DNA from: an uncultured Alphaproteobacteria bacterium
GTDB lineage: Bacteria > Pseudomonadota > Alphaproteobacteria > CADEGL01
Length of the DNA: 64,000 nucleotides
Assembly (NCBI GenBank): GCA_902826885.1
Contig: CADEGL010000010.1
Coordinates: 4,037 to 68,036 of the forward strand
Direction of reading: 5' to 3'
Below are positions 16,788-26,719 of the stretch, one piece after another (positions within the stretch are counted from its first letter, which is position 1; each line of letters starts with the position of its first letter). The position numbers and the translations under genes were made by a program. The notes under the pieces are model-generated. The model ran no database searches and was not told the DNA's origin. It worked only from the letters and a program-made list of their open reading frames with translations.

Positions 16788-17705
16788 ATGCCCGCTTCGA
16801 CCCTGCCCACGCCGACCGCCGATCCGGCCCGCTTGAAGGCCGATATGGATGCGTATGGCTATTGTCTGGTGGCCGATGCGCTCACTCCAGCACAGGTCGC
16901 GACGGCCCGGCAACGGCTGGAGGAACAGGCCGAGGCCGAACGCAAACAGGGCATCCGCATTCAGAACGCCCCCCATGTGGACGAGATCAACCAATGGGTG
17001 ACGATGCTGATCAACAAGGGGCCGATCTTCGCCGAACTGGCGACCAATCCGGCCACGCTCGCGATCGTCGATCACGTCATCGGTGGCGATTTCCTTCTGT
17101 CCGTCCTTGAGGCGCATCTGGTGCGCGCGGGCGGCGCGCCCATGTCGCTGCATTGCGACCAATGGTGGCTGCCGTTTCCCGCGCAGGCCGACGCCGGCTA
17201 TGCGCGCGTCGGCACGATCACACGCTCCACGGTGCCGACGATGCCGGCCGATCCGGCGGGAAAGGTGATCTGGCCCGCGGCCGTGGTGAACTGCATGTTC
17301 ATGCTGACCGATTACACCGAGCGCAACGGCGCGACACGCATCGTGCCCGGCAGCCATTTGAGCGGCGCGCAGCCTTCGGCTGCGATCCCTCATCCGGTGA
17401 AAACGATCGCGGCCGAGGCGCCGGCCGGCACGGCGGTTCTTTTCGAAGGGCGCACGTGGCATGCCGCCGGCCTCAACACGACCAATCAGGCGCGGCTTGG
17501 CGTGACCTGTACCTATTGCGGGCCCATGTTCCGCCAGCTCACCAACTTCACCGTCGGCACCTGTGATGACGTGCTGCAAGGGGCGTCGCCTTTGCTGCGC
17601 CGCTTGCTCGGCTTCAAGATCTGGTCGACCTATGGCGGTGTCGACGACCATGCGGCCGAGTTCATCGAGCGCGCGCCGGGCAAAGTCCGCGAACTGGCGC
17701 CCTAG
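16788..17705 (+). CDS. phytanoyl-CoA dioxygenase (PhyH) family Fe(II)/2-oxoglutarate oxygenase
   Basis: PhyH-family length and a His-x-Asp...His facial triad are visible (HCD...H). Confidence 0.7.
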   Translation: MPASTLPTPTADPARLKADMDAYGYCLVADALTPAQVATARQRLEEQAEAERKQGIRIQNAPHVDEINQWVTMLINKGPIFAELATNPATLAIVDHVIGGDFLLSVLEAHLVRAGGAPMSLHCDQWWLPFPAQADAGYARVGTITRSTVPTMPADPAGKVIWPAAVVNCMFMLTDYTERNGATRIVPGSHLSGAQPSAAIPHPVKTIAAEAPAGTAVLFEGRTWHAAGLNTTNQARLGVTCTYCGPMFRQLTNFTVGTCDDVLQGASPLLRRLLGFKIWSTYGGVDDHAAEFIERAPGKVRELAP

Positions 17706-17765
17706 CGCGTCCGGCGCTGGCGAGGGACAATCGGGCGGGATTGCCGCGACGAGGGGGAATACGTC

Positions 17766-18653
17766 ATGAATTACGAAGTCATCGTCACCTGCGCGATCAC
17801 GGGCGCGGGCGACACGGTGGGACGCCATCCGGCGATTCCCGTGACGCCGCAGCAGATCGCGGATTCGGCGATCGAAGCCGCCAAGGCCGGCGCGTCGGTC
17901 GTCCATTGCCATGTCCGCGACCCCAAGACCGGAAAAGGCACACGCGACGTGACGCTCTATCGCGAGGTGGTCGAGCGTATCCGCAAAAGCGGCGTGGACG
18001 TGGTGTTGAACCTGACCTGCGGCATGGGCGGGGACCTGACCGTCGACGACGCCGACCCCATGCGGCCCGGGCCGGGCACCGATCTGGTCGACGCCATGGC
18101 GCGCCTCGAACACGTCGTCGAGTTGCGGCCGGAGATCTGCACGCTCGATTGCGGCACGATGAATTTCGGCGACGGCAATACGATCGTTATCCAGACACCC
18201 AACATGCTGCGCGCCATGGCCAAGCGCGTGCGCGAATTGGGCGTGAAGCCGGAGCTCGAGGTGTTCGACACCGGTCAGCTTTGGTTCGGCAAGCAGATGT
18301 ACCAAGAGGGCCTCTTGGACGATCCGCCGCTGTTCCAGCTTTGCCTCGGCATCCCGTGGGGCGCGCCGGCCGACAGTCAGACCATGGCGCACATGGTCCA
18401 GCAGCTTCCCCCCAACGCCGTTTGGGCCGGTTTCGGCATCAGCCGCGCGCAGATGCCGATGGTGGCGCAAGCCGCGCTTCTCGGCGGCAACGTGCGCGTG
18501 GGCCTTGAAGACAATCTCTATCTGGAGAAGGGCGTCTTCGCGACCAACGCGCAATTGGTCGAAAAGGCCATCCGGATTTTGCGGGAATTGGGCGCGCGCC
18601 CGTGCTCGCCCGAAGAGACACGGCAAAGATTGCGGCTTAAGAAGCAGCGCTAG
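17766..18653 (+). CDS. BKACE family (3-keto-5-aminohexanoate cleavage enzyme-like, DUF849) beta-keto-acid cleavage enzyme
   Basis: [13 protein letters not shown]...[12 protein letters not shown]...GLEDNLYL are canonical BKACE motifs. SD GAGGGGGAA precedes it. Confidence 0.85.
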   Translation: MNYEVIVTCAITGAGDTVGRHPAIPVTPQQIADSAIEAAKAGASVVHCHVRDPKTGKGTRDVTLYREVVERIRKSGVDVVLNLTCGMGGDLTVDDADPMRPGPGTDLVDAMARLEHVVELRPEICTLDCGTMNFGDGNTIVIQTPNMLRAMAKRVRELGVKPELEVFDTGQLWFGKQMYQEGLLDDPPLFQLCLGIPWGAPADSQTMAHMVQQLPPNAVWAGFGISRAQMPMVAQAALLGGNVRVGLEDNLYLEKGVFATNAQLVEKAIRILRELGARPCSPEETRQRLRLKKQR

Positions 18654-18739
18654 GACCGCAACCGCGCCATCCCGGAAACGCATGGCGGGCGCGGCTTCGC
18701 GGCTTGCCCGGTATGGCTGATCGGCCTAGGTTTCCGGCC

Positions 18740-19975
18740 ATGACAGCCATCGCCACGACGACCACGTTCCGTGCCGACGCCAAGGTCATGGGCTTGGTCG
18801 GCACGGCGCATTTCAGCAGCCATTTCTTTCAATTGGCGCTGGCGCCGCTGTTTCCGATTCTGGCCTCTCGATTCGGCGTCAGCTTCGCCGAGTTGGGCGC
18901 GGTCGTCACCGTCTTCTATGTCGCGTCCGGCATTTGCCAAGCCTTCGCCGGCATCGTGGTCGATCGTTTCGGCGCGCGGCCCATCCTGGCGCTGGGTTTG
19001 GCTTTGCTGGCTGGCTCGATCGCGCTGTCGGGTCTCGTCACGCACTATTGGATGCTCTTGCCGCTCGCGATTCTCGCCGGCATCGGCAACAGCGTGTTCC
19101 ATCCGGCGGATTTTTCGATCCTGACCGCCAAGATCGACAAAACGCGCATCGGCCGTGCTTACAGCATTCATGCCCTACTCGGGACCATCGGCTACGCCAT
19201 GGCGCCGATCGTGATCACCATGCTGGCGGAACAGCTTGGCAATTGGCGCTCGGCCTTGATCGTTACGGGCGTGGCAGGTGTCATCATTGCGCTGATCCTG
19301 TGGCGCTCGCCGACCTTGGTGGTGGCGCCCACGCATCTTCGCGGCAACAAGACCGCGGGCGAAACGGCGGCGTTCAGCTATGGGCGCCTCATCGCCAATC
19401 CCGCGATCATTGCCTCGTTCCTGTATTTCGTCTTCACGGCAGGGGCGAGTATCGGCCTGACGTCGTTCAGCGTGTCGGCTTTCTCGGAAATCTTCAGCTT
19501 CACCACCGGCGAGCAGATCGCCCGGGCCGGTTTGCTCCTGACCGCGTTCCTGGTTTCGAGCGCGTCCGGCATGCTGATCGGAGGCATCATCGCCGACCGG
19601 ACCACGCGCCATCATATCGTGGCCATGGCGGGCATGACGTCCGCGGCCCTGTTCATGCTGCTGCTGGCTTTTGGCGGTTTGTCCTATTGGCCGACCGTCG
19701 CGGCGATGGCCATCGCCGGGTTTACCTACGGCAGCACGGCACCCTCGCGCGACATGCTGGTGCGCGCGGCGACACCGCCGGGCGCCACGGGCAAAGTCTT
19801 CGGATTTGTCTACTCGGGCCTCGACGTTGGCTCGTGGCTGGTGCCGGTGTTCTATGGCGGCTTTATCGACAATCATACGCCGCACTACGTATTCTTGACC
19901 TCGGCTGTCCTGTTCGCCTTCGCGATCGGCACGGTCATGCAGGTGCGCAAGCGCTCGGTGCCGAAACCCGCCTAA
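18740..19975 (+). CDS. MFS transporter
   Basis: Twelve predicted TM helices and an MFS-type loop motif (GIVVDRFGARP). Confidence 0.75.
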   Translation: MTAIATTTTFRADAKVMGLVGTAHFSSHFFQLALAPLFPILASRFGVSFAELGAVVTVFYVASGICQAFAGIVVDRFGARPILALGLALLAGSIALSGLVTHYWMLLPLAILAGIGNSVFHPADFSILTAKIDKTRIGRAYSIHALLGTIGYAMAPIVITMLAEQLGNWRSALIVTGVAGVIIALILWRSPTLVVAPTHLRGNKTAGETAAFSYGRLIANPAIIASFLYFVFTAGASIGLTSFSVSAFSEIFSFTTGEQIARAGLLLTAFLVSSASGMLIGGIIADRTTRHHIVAMAGMTSAALFMLLLAFGGLSYWPTVAAMAIAGFTYGSTAPSRDMLVRAATPPGATGKVFGFVYSGLDVGSWLVPVFYGGFIDNHTPHYVFLTSAVLFAFAIGTVMQVRKRSVPKPA

Positions 19976-19998
19976 CGTCGTCCGCGTCACGGAAGGGG

Positions 19999-20802
19999 AT
20001 GATGACGGAAGTTCTTTGGGGCAATCTGCGCGCGCCGGCCTTGCGCGCGCTCGCCGCGCGCGGCGCTCTGGCCATCGTGCCCGTGGGCTCGATCGAACAG
20101 CACGGCCCCCATCTTCCGGTTCAGGTCGATGCGCTCCTGGCGGGCGAGATTGCGCGCCGGGCGGCGGTGAGGGTTTCGAAGAAACAGCCCGTCGTGGTCG
20201 CGCCCACGATCTGGTCGGGCCTGGCCGAACATCATATGTCGCTGGGCGGCACGATCACCTTGGATCTCGCGACCTTCCACGCGGTGATCCGCTGCGTCTG
20301 CGCCTCCATCCTGCGTCATGGCTTCAAGCGCATCCTGATCTTGAACGGCCATGGCGGGAATATCGCGGCCTTGACCGTCCTGGTCGGCGAACTGGCGCGC
20401 GAGTTGGGCGCGCCCATCGCCACCGCGACCTACTGGACGATGCCGGAGACGCAAGCCTCCTTCGCCAAGATCCTGAAGAAGCAGAAGACCGTGCGCCACG
20501 CCTGCGAGGCCGAGACCTCGATGCTTTTGGTGCTGAAGCCCGAGCTGGTCGACCGCGCCGCCGCGCGCGCGGTCAAGGCGCCGATCGAGGGTTTGGCGCC
20601 GGAGGACGGTATCTACCGTTACCGTCCGGTCGCCCATTGGACGAAGTCGGGCGTGCTGGGCGTGCCTTCGGCGGCGTCGGTCGAAAAGGGCGAAAAGCTT
20701 TTGGAAGCGGCGGCTGCGTCCGTCGCCAACGCGATTCTGGCTGGCAAGGCATGGCGGAGCGATGACGCCTCACTTCGTAAACGAAAGGTAAGGCGTTCAT
20801 GA
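19999..20802 (+). CDS. creatininase-family amidohydrolase
   Basis: VPVGSIEQHGPHLPV, ILILNGHGGN and HACEAETS are creatininase-fold motifs. The listed 622-aa ORF is an upstream frame continuation; the real start is MMTEV at 19999. Confidence 0.8.
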   Translation: MMTEVLWGNLRAPALRALAARGALAIVPVGSIEQHGPHLPVQVDALLAGEIARRAAVRVSKKQPVVVAPTIWSGLAEHHMSLGGTITLDLATFHAVIRCVCASILRHGFKRILILNGHGGNIAALTVLVGELARELGAPIATATYWTMPETQASFAKILKKQKTVRHACEAETSMLLVLKPELVDRAAARAVKAPIEGLAPEDGIYRYRPVAHWTKSGVLGVPSAASVEKGEKLLEAAAASVANAILAGKAWRSDDASLRKRKVRRS

Positions 20803-21290
20803 AACTACGATTGCTCGCATGCGCGGCCGCGTTCACCGCTCTCGGTTCTGTTTCGGTATTGGCCGCGGTCGGAAGCCAGGCCGATTGGCAGTTCTCGGAG
20901 CGCCCGACCCAGGATGGTGAGAAGAAGCTGATCGCGGCCAGCGCCGCCGCCGCGATCGACGGTCAACCGGCTTCTCTCACGATCGCCTGCGTTGGCGGTA
21001 AGCCCGCCGTAACGTTGCAGGCGCCGGTCACCTGGACGGTTCAGAGATTCCGGTTTCAATTCGACGGGGCGCAGGTCCGCAACGTCGTCGACGAGATCCA
21101 GACCAAGGACACCGTGATGGTGGTGCGTGGCCGTCCCGCGCGCTCCTTTATCCGCGGCGCTTCGCAGGCGAAATCGGTCCTTGTCACTTACGCGGCGCAG
21201 CCCGAGTCGCAGGAGGTCCGCTACGACCTGTCCGGCTTTCAGGCCGGCGCCGCCGATCTCTTGGCCGCATGCAAGGACGCGCTGCTGTAA
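20799..21290 (+). CDS. secreted hypothetical protein
   Basis: Signal peptide MKLRLLACAAAFTALGSVSVLAAVGSQA. The start overlaps the creatininase stop by 4 nt (ATGA). Confidence 0.6.
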   Translation: MKLRLLACAAAFTALGSVSVLAAVGSQADWQFSERPTQDGEKKLIAASAAAAIDGQPASLTIACVGGKPAVTLQAPVTWTVQRFRFQFDGAQVRNVVDEIQTKDTVMVVRGRPARSFIRGASQAKSVLVTYAAQPESQEVRYDLSGFQAGAADLLAACKDALL

Positions 21291-21401
21291 CGAGGCTATA
21301 AAGGAGCGCCCCGGATTGCGCCGGTACGGGGCGGAGGGCTAGTCTGCGCCTATCGGGCATATCGGCCGTTCGACGCACGAAGACACGGGGAGACGCGCGC
21401 C

Positions 21402-22274
21402 ATGACCTACAAGAGCATCCTGGTCCATATCGACGACAGCAAGCGCAACGCCGCGCGGCTCGACTTCGCGATCGATATGGCCAACGCCCACAAGGCGCAT
21501 CTGACCGGCATCTACGTGCTGCGCGCGCCCACCGCGGTGCTTTATGCCGAAGGCGGCATGCCGGTCGAGTTTTACGAGAAGGAAGCGGCCGCGACCCAGG
21601 ATCTGGCCAATTCCGCCAAGGCCAAGTTCGAAAAGCGTTTGGCCAAGGAAGGGCTGTCATTCGAATGGCGCCAGAGTCAGGGCGACCACGCCGAGATCGT
21701 CTCGACGAATGCCCGCTATGCCGACATCACCATCATGGGCCAGACGGATTTGGATGACACCTCGTCATCCACGCCGCCCGATCTGGCCGAATTGGTCGCG
21801 CTGTCCAGCGGACGTCCGATTCTGACCGTTCCTTTCGCGGGCGACTTCAAGTTCGGCACGCCGCATATCATGGTGGCGTGGAATGGCAGCCGGGAGGCCA
21901 CGCGTGCCGTCCATGACACGCTGCCCCTGCTCCAGAGCGCCAAAAAAGTGACGGTTCTGGTGGTTTCCCAGAAGAAGGAGGCCGAAGGCCACGGCGAGCA
22001 GCCCGGCGCCGACATCGCCCTCTATCTGGCCCGTCACGGCGTGAAGGCCGAGGCGCATTTCGTCGTCGCGCCGCACGAGAGCTCCGCCGGCCACCGTTTC
22101 TCTCTGCCCAAGATCGACGTGGGCGGAGAGGTTCTATCGCGCGCGGCGGATTTCGGGGCCGACATGATCGTGATGGGCGCCTATGGCCATTCGCGTCTTC
22201 GCGAACTGGTGTTGGGCGGCGTGACTCATCACGTCTTCCGCCACATGACCGTTCCGATCGTCGTTTCGCACTAA
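21402..22274 (+). CDS. universal stress protein with tandem UspA domains
   Basis: Two Usp domains, each ending in the G-x2-G-x9-G(S/T) motif (MGAYGHSRLRELVLGGVT). Confidence 0.85.
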   Translation: MTYKSILVHIDDSKRNAARLDFAIDMANAHKAHLTGIYVLRAPTAVLYAEGGMPVEFYEKEAAATQDLANSAKAKFEKRLAKEGLSFEWRQSQGDHAEIVSTNARYADITIMGQTDLDDTSSSTPPDLAELVALSSGRPILTVPFAGDFKFGTPHIMVAWNGSREATRAVHDTLPLLQSAKKVTVLVVSQKKEAEGHGEQPGADIALYLARHGVKAEAHFVVAPHESSAGHRFSLPKIDVGGEVLSRAADFGADMIVMGAYGHSRLRELVLGGVTHHVFRHMTVPIVVSH

Positions 22275-22301
22275 GGCGGCGTTGACTTCTGGCCGGGAGC
22301 C

Positions 22302-22907
22302 TCAGCCGCTTCCGGCCGCCAGCGCCGTCCGTACAAGGTCGGACAGGCTGCGGGCTTCCATTTTCTCCATCACGTTGGCGCGGTGGATCTCGACGGTGCG
22401 CGGGCTGATCTCCAGCGCGTGCGCGATGGCCTTGTTTTGCAGCCCCTCGACCAGCCGGTCCAACACCTCGCGCTCGCGCGGAGTCAGGCGCGCGAGCCGC
22501 GTCTGGGCCTCGGCTTTTCCGCCGACCGTGCGCGCGCGTTGCTCGACCAAGCCCGCGGCGCGCGCGACGGCATCCAGGATTGTTTCGTCCGAATAGGGCT
22601 TCTCGACGAAATCCACCGCGCCGTCGCGCATGGCCTGAACGGCCATGGGAATATCGCCGTGCCCGCTCATCACCACGACCGGCAGCATGTGGCCGGCGAG
22701 GCGGCGCTGAAGTTCGAGCCCGTCCATCTCGGGCATCCGCACGTCGGTCAGGACGCAGCCGCGCGTGTCCGTGCCGATCGCGGCCAAGAGCTTCGGGGCC
22801 GATTCGAACGCACGCACCTCGAAGCCCTTGGCCTGGAGCAACGCTTGGAGCGAATCGCGCACGGCCTCGTCGTCGTCGACGACGAAAATCGTGGTCTTTT
22901 CAGCCAT
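22302..22907 (-). CDS. FixJ/NarL-family response regulator (REC plus LuxR-type HTH)
   Basis: MAEKTTIFVVDDDEAVRDSL...DVRMPEMDGLEL is the receiver domain. The C-terminal HTH is LTPREREVLDRLVEGLQNKAIAHALEISPRTVEIHR. Confidence 0.85.
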   Translation of the reverse strand: MAEKTTIFVVDDDEAVRDSLQALLQAKGFEVRAFESAPKLLAAIGTDTRGCVLTDVRMPEMDGLELQRRLAGHMLPVVVMSGHGDIPMAVQAMRDGAVDFVEKPYSDETILDAVARAAGLVEQRARTVGGKAEAQTRLARLTPREREVLDRLVEGLQNKAIAHALEISPRTVEIHRANVMEKMEARSLSDLVRTALAAGSG

Positions 22908-24915
22908 GGGTCGTATCGGCGGCGGGCAGGGTGAAGGCGAAGATGGCGCCACCGGGAGGATTCGCCTCATGCCGGAGATGGCCGCCATGGGCCTCGACGA
23001 TGGTGCGGCAGATAGACAGGCCCACGCCCATGCCGTCGGCCTTGGTCGTGACGAACGGCTCGAACAGCCGGCCTTCGACCTCGGGCGCCAAGCCCGTGCC
23101 GCTGTCGATGACGGCGACCTCGACGCCGCCGCCGGGCGCCGGCCGCGTGCGGATGGACAATTCGCGCCGGGGCGAGGCGGCCATGGCGTCGATCGCATTG
23201 CGGACCAAGTTGATCACGACCTGCTGGATCTGTAGCCGGTCGACGGCCACGTCCGGCAGGCCGGCTGCCAGGTCCAGCACCGTGCGGACGCCGGCATCAC
23301 TGGCGCCGGCTAGGGCGAGCGCGTTGGCCTCGGCAACCAGGCGGTTGGCGCTCTCGCGCGTGATCTCGGGCTCGCGCTTCTTCAGGAAAGAACGCAAGTT
23401 GCGAATGATGCCGCCGGCGCGCTCGGCCTGGGCCGCGGCCTTGCCCATGACGTCGCGCGTCTTCACGCGCCAATCGGCGCCCTCGTCGGTCAAGAGATGC
23501 TTGCCGGCCTGAACGTAATTCGCAATCGCGGTCAGCGGCTGGTTGATCTCGTGCGCCAGCGCCGAGGCGATATGGCCCATCGTGCTGAGTCGCGTGACGT
23601 GCAGCAATTCACTTTGCAATTCCTGTAGACGCCGCTCGGTCGATTGCCGTTTCGAGATGTCGTGGATGAAGACGGTAAGGATGCGCCGTTCCCGCGTCCG
23701 CGCCTCGCCGATCGAAAGCTCGGTTGGGAAGACCGAGCCGTCCTTGCGGTGGGCCATCACGGCCCGGTTGCGGCCGGGCGACAAATGTCCCGGCAGGTCG
23801 CTCTCATAGTCCTCGCGATAAGGGTTCGACAGCAGGGTGGCGAAGCTCTGGCCAACGACCTCCGCTTCGTCATGGCCGAACAAGCGCGAGGCAGCTGCAC
23901 CGAAGGATTCGATCTTGCCATCCTCGTCGACGGTGACGAGCGCGTCCGGCACGGCGTCCAAAATCGATTGCAGGCGCGCCTCGCGCTCCATCAATGCCTT
24001 CTCGCTGGTTCGGCGCGCGTCCGAGGCAGTGAACACCACATAGGCCGCGATGGCTGTCGTCGACAGGAAGGCCTGCAGCCAGATCACCTGGTCGGCCAGC
24101 GAGCCCATGATCTGGGTGGTCGGCCCTTCGCCCAGCGAGGTCGCCCATGAGCCGATGACGGCGACGGCGACCAGAAGCGTCACGATTTCGAGCGCGGTCC
24201 GGCGCACCGCGAGCCAGACGAAGATCGGTACCAGCACGTAAACACCCATCAGGCGCAGCGTCTGGCTGGTCAGCGCATCCATGAAGACCACCGCCGTGAT
24301 GCCCAGGATCGCGGCGGCGAAAACATAGGCCGAGCGGGAATGCAGGGCCGCGCGCAGTGACTCGCGCGGGCGCATCCAGACCAGGATGGCCGGCGTGATG
24401 AACAGAGTGCCGGTGAAGACCGCGGGCGCCCAAACGATCCAGACCAGGCCGTAGAACGCGGCGAAGGCGTTCTGATACGCCGCGGCCCCCAAGGTGGCGG
24501 AGAGCGCCGCGTTCATCATGGCCGCCGCGATCAGGGCCATGACCGGCCGGCGCGCATCCAGCGGCAGGACAGAGCGTGCGATGGCCTTGTAAACCATGGC
24601 CCCGGCCAGCGCGGCGACGATGCCGTTAGAGGCCAGCCATAGGCCGAGCCAGAACGGGCCGCCCGAAAGATAGATGACGGCGGCCTCGGCCGCGAATAGG
24701 GCGCCCATGAGTGGCAGCCAGTCCCGCTTGGGCCACCATAGGAAGGCCGCCAGGGCCACGCCGGCGGACATCGAGCAGACCGCGATCTCTTGCGGCTCGA
24801 TCCTTAGATGGATGTCGAGCAGGGTCGTGACGGCTCCCAGCGCCGCGATGGCCAGGCAGGCCAGGGCCAGTGGGCCGCGGCTTGACCGGAGGGATGCGCT
24901 TGGGTGTGTCGTCAC
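22900..24915 (-). CDS. sensor histidine kinase with an N-terminal multi-TM (MASE1-like) domain, a PAS domain and a HisKA/HATPase core
   Basis: H-box SALAHEINQPL, an N-box, and G-boxes DSGTG/GMGVGL. It overlaps the RR gene by 8 nt. Confidence 0.85.
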   Translation of the reverse strand: MTTHPSASLRSSRGPLALACLAIAALGAVTTLLDIHLRIEPQEIAVCSMSAGVALAAFLWWPKRDWLPLMGALFAAEAAVIYLSGGPFWLGLWLASNGIVAALAGAMVYKAIARSVLPLDARRPVMALIAAAMMNAALSATLGAAAYQNAFAAFYGLVWIVWAPAVFTGTLFITPAILVWMRPRESLRAALHSRSAYVFAAAILGITAVVFMDALTSQTLRLMGVYVLVPIFVWLAVRRTALEIVTLLVAVAVIGSWATSLGEGPTTQIMGSLADQVIWLQAFLSTTAIAAYVVFTASDARRTSEKALMEREARLQSILDAVPDALVTVDEDGKIESFGAAASRLFGHDEAEVVGQSFATLLSNPYREDYESDLPGHLSPGRNRAVMAHRKDGSVFPTELSIGEARTRERRILTVFIHDISKRQSTERRLQELQSELLHVTRLSTMGHIASALAHEINQPLTAIANYVQAGKHLLTDEGADWRVKTRDVMGKAAAQAERAGGIIRNLRSFLKKREPEITRESANRLVAEANALALAGASDAGVRTVLDLAAGLPDVAVDRLQIQQVVINLVRNAIDAMAASPRRELSIRTRPAPGGGVEVAVIDSGTGLAPEVEGRLFEPFVTTKADGMGVGLSICRTIVEAHGGHLRHEANPPGGAIFAFTLPAADTTHG

Positions 24916-24993
24916 GTCTGACTTTCGGGCAACCGGCCGGAGCTCTTTTTTACCCCGCGCGGCGAGAGCGCGAAAGCCAGACGGGATTTGCCC

Positions 24994-26565
24994 CTACGTC
25001 CTGATCCGCGCCCGGCGGAACAGAAGGGCGATCGGCGCCGCGCACATGGCTCCGACCATGATGATGGCGAAGGTCTGGTTATAGCCAATCATGCCGGCTT
25101 GGCGCAGGATTTCGGCATGTATCGACGAGATGCCCGCGGCGCGGCCCACGTCCCATAGTTCGGGCATCGTGTGGATCAGCGGGTTATAGAGCGAGACATG
25201 CTCGATCAGCATGGCGTGCGTGCTCTGGGTGTGATTCGTCCAGTAAGTCACGGTGCTGGCGATGCCGATGCTCGTGCCCAGGTTGATGACCAGATAGAAC
25301 AGCGGCACGGCTTGCGGCCGGTCCTCCGTCGACACGGTCGCGAAGGCCATCGTGTTGAAGGGAATGAAGGCCAGCGCGCAGCCCACGCCCTGCGCCAGCG
25401 CCATCAGCGCCACGCTCCACAGCGTGACGTCCGTCGACCAAAGCGACATCTCGAAAGCGGAGAAGGCGATCAGCCCGAAGCCCACCACGGCCACCAGGCG
25501 AGGGTCGGCGCGCCGGATCAGGAACCCGGTCAGGACGCTGCCGGTCAGATAGCCGAGCTGCCGCGGGGTCAAAAGGATGCCGATCATCTCGACCGGCAAG
25601 CCGCGGAAGTTCTGCAGGAGCAGAGGCAGCATCACCGTCGGCAAGGCCCACATCGTGCCGTAGATGAAAGCGCCGATCAGGCCGATCGTGTAGTTCCGGT
25701 CGCGGAACGGTTCGGGCTTCAGGAACGGGTTCTTGGCCGTCGCGGAATGGGCGACGAACAGATAGAGGCACAAGACGGCGACGATGCACTCCACGATGAT
25801 CTCGGTCGAGCCGAACCAGTCCAGCCGCGCGCCGCGGTTGAACAGAAGCTGGATCGCGCCCAGCCCTACGATCAGCGTGACCAGGCCGAACGCGTCCAGC
25901 CGGCGCGGCCGCTCGTTCGATTCGCGCGGCACGACCGCGATGGCGCCCAGGAGGCCCAGCACCGCCAGCGGCACATTCATGTAAAACACGGCCGGCCAGC
26001 CATAGGCCTCGATCACATAGCCAGCCAACGGCGGCGCCATGATCGAGCCGGCCACGCTACCGACACTCCACAGGGTTAGGGCGTGGCCATACATGGCGCG
26101 CGGGTAGGCATCGACGGCGATCACTTGCGAGAGCGGGATGATCATCGCGCCGGTGAGGCCGAGCAGGAAACGCCACAGCACCTCCTCCTCCAGCGAGTGC
26201 GCGTTGGCGCACAGGATGGTGATGATCAGGAACGCGCTGATGGAAAACGTGAACAGGCGCTTGCGGCCCGTTACGCCGGTCAGCCAGCCGACCAGCGTGA
26301 TGGTTACGGTCGCGCCCACGATGAACGCCGTCACCACCCAGGCGATCTGGTCTGGTGTCGCGGAGAAAGTGCCTTGCATGTGGGGCAGGGCGACGCTGAC
26401 GACCGTAAGGTCGAGCGAATACATGCTGGAGGCCAGCATGGTCGTCGCCATGATCAGACGGCGCCGCAAAACGGAATCGCCGCTGGCCGCATTTGCGAGG
26501 CCGCGCATCATGGCCGGATCAGTCGGTCCTCTCTCGGCGGCTGGTGGATATGGCCGGTGGAGCAT
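24994..26565 (-). CDS. MFS transporter, DHA2 (14-TMS drug:H+ antiporter) family
   Basis: VSVALPHMQG motif and 14 predicted TM helices. The start is ambiguous between Mets at 26565, 26511 and 26451. Confidence 0.75.
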   Translation of the reverse strand: MLHRPYPPAAERGPTDPAMMRGLANAASGDSVLRRRLIMATTMLASSMYSLDLTVVSVALPHMQGTFSATPDQIAWVVTAFIVGATVTITLVGWLTGVTGRKRLFTFSISAFLIITILCANAHSLEEEVLWRFLLGLTGAMIIPLSQVIAVDAYPRAMYGHALTLWSVGSVAGSIMAPPLAGYVIEAYGWPAVFYMNVPLAVLGLLGAIAVVPRESNERPRRLDAFGLVTLIVGLGAIQLLFNRGARLDWFGSTEIIVECIVAVLCLYLFVAHSATAKNPFLKPEPFRDRNYTIGLIGAFIYGTMWALPTVMLPLLLQNFRGLPVEMIGILLTPRQLGYLTGSVLTGFLIRRADPRLVAVVGFGLIAFSAFEMSLWSTDVTLWSVALMALAQGVGCALAFIPFNTMAFATVSTEDRPQAVPLFYLVINLGTSIGIASTVTYWTNHTQSTHAMLIEHVSLYNPLIHTMPELWDVGRAAGISSIHAEILRQAGMIGYNQTFAIIMVGAMCAAPIALLFRRARIRT

Positions 26566-26719
26566 TGTGGCGGCGGCGGCCGGAATGCGCCATCGCCGCC
26601 GCGCGCCGCGACCGGGACCTCCTCCTAAAGTCGACTTGCCCTTGGCGTCGAAATACCGCTTTATATCTACGGCTTAGTCGCCTACCTCGATGCTGGGGCA
26701 GGTCAAATATCGGGGCCGG

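Noticed and set aside
16770-18683. 637-aa minus-strand ORF
   Set aside because: Antisense to the PhyH-like and BKACE genes, with no domains and an Arg-rich composition.
18934-19998. Upstream part of the 622-aa ORF fused to the creatininase gene
   Set aside because: It is a different frame running through the MFS gene. The creatininase starts at MMTEV (19999).
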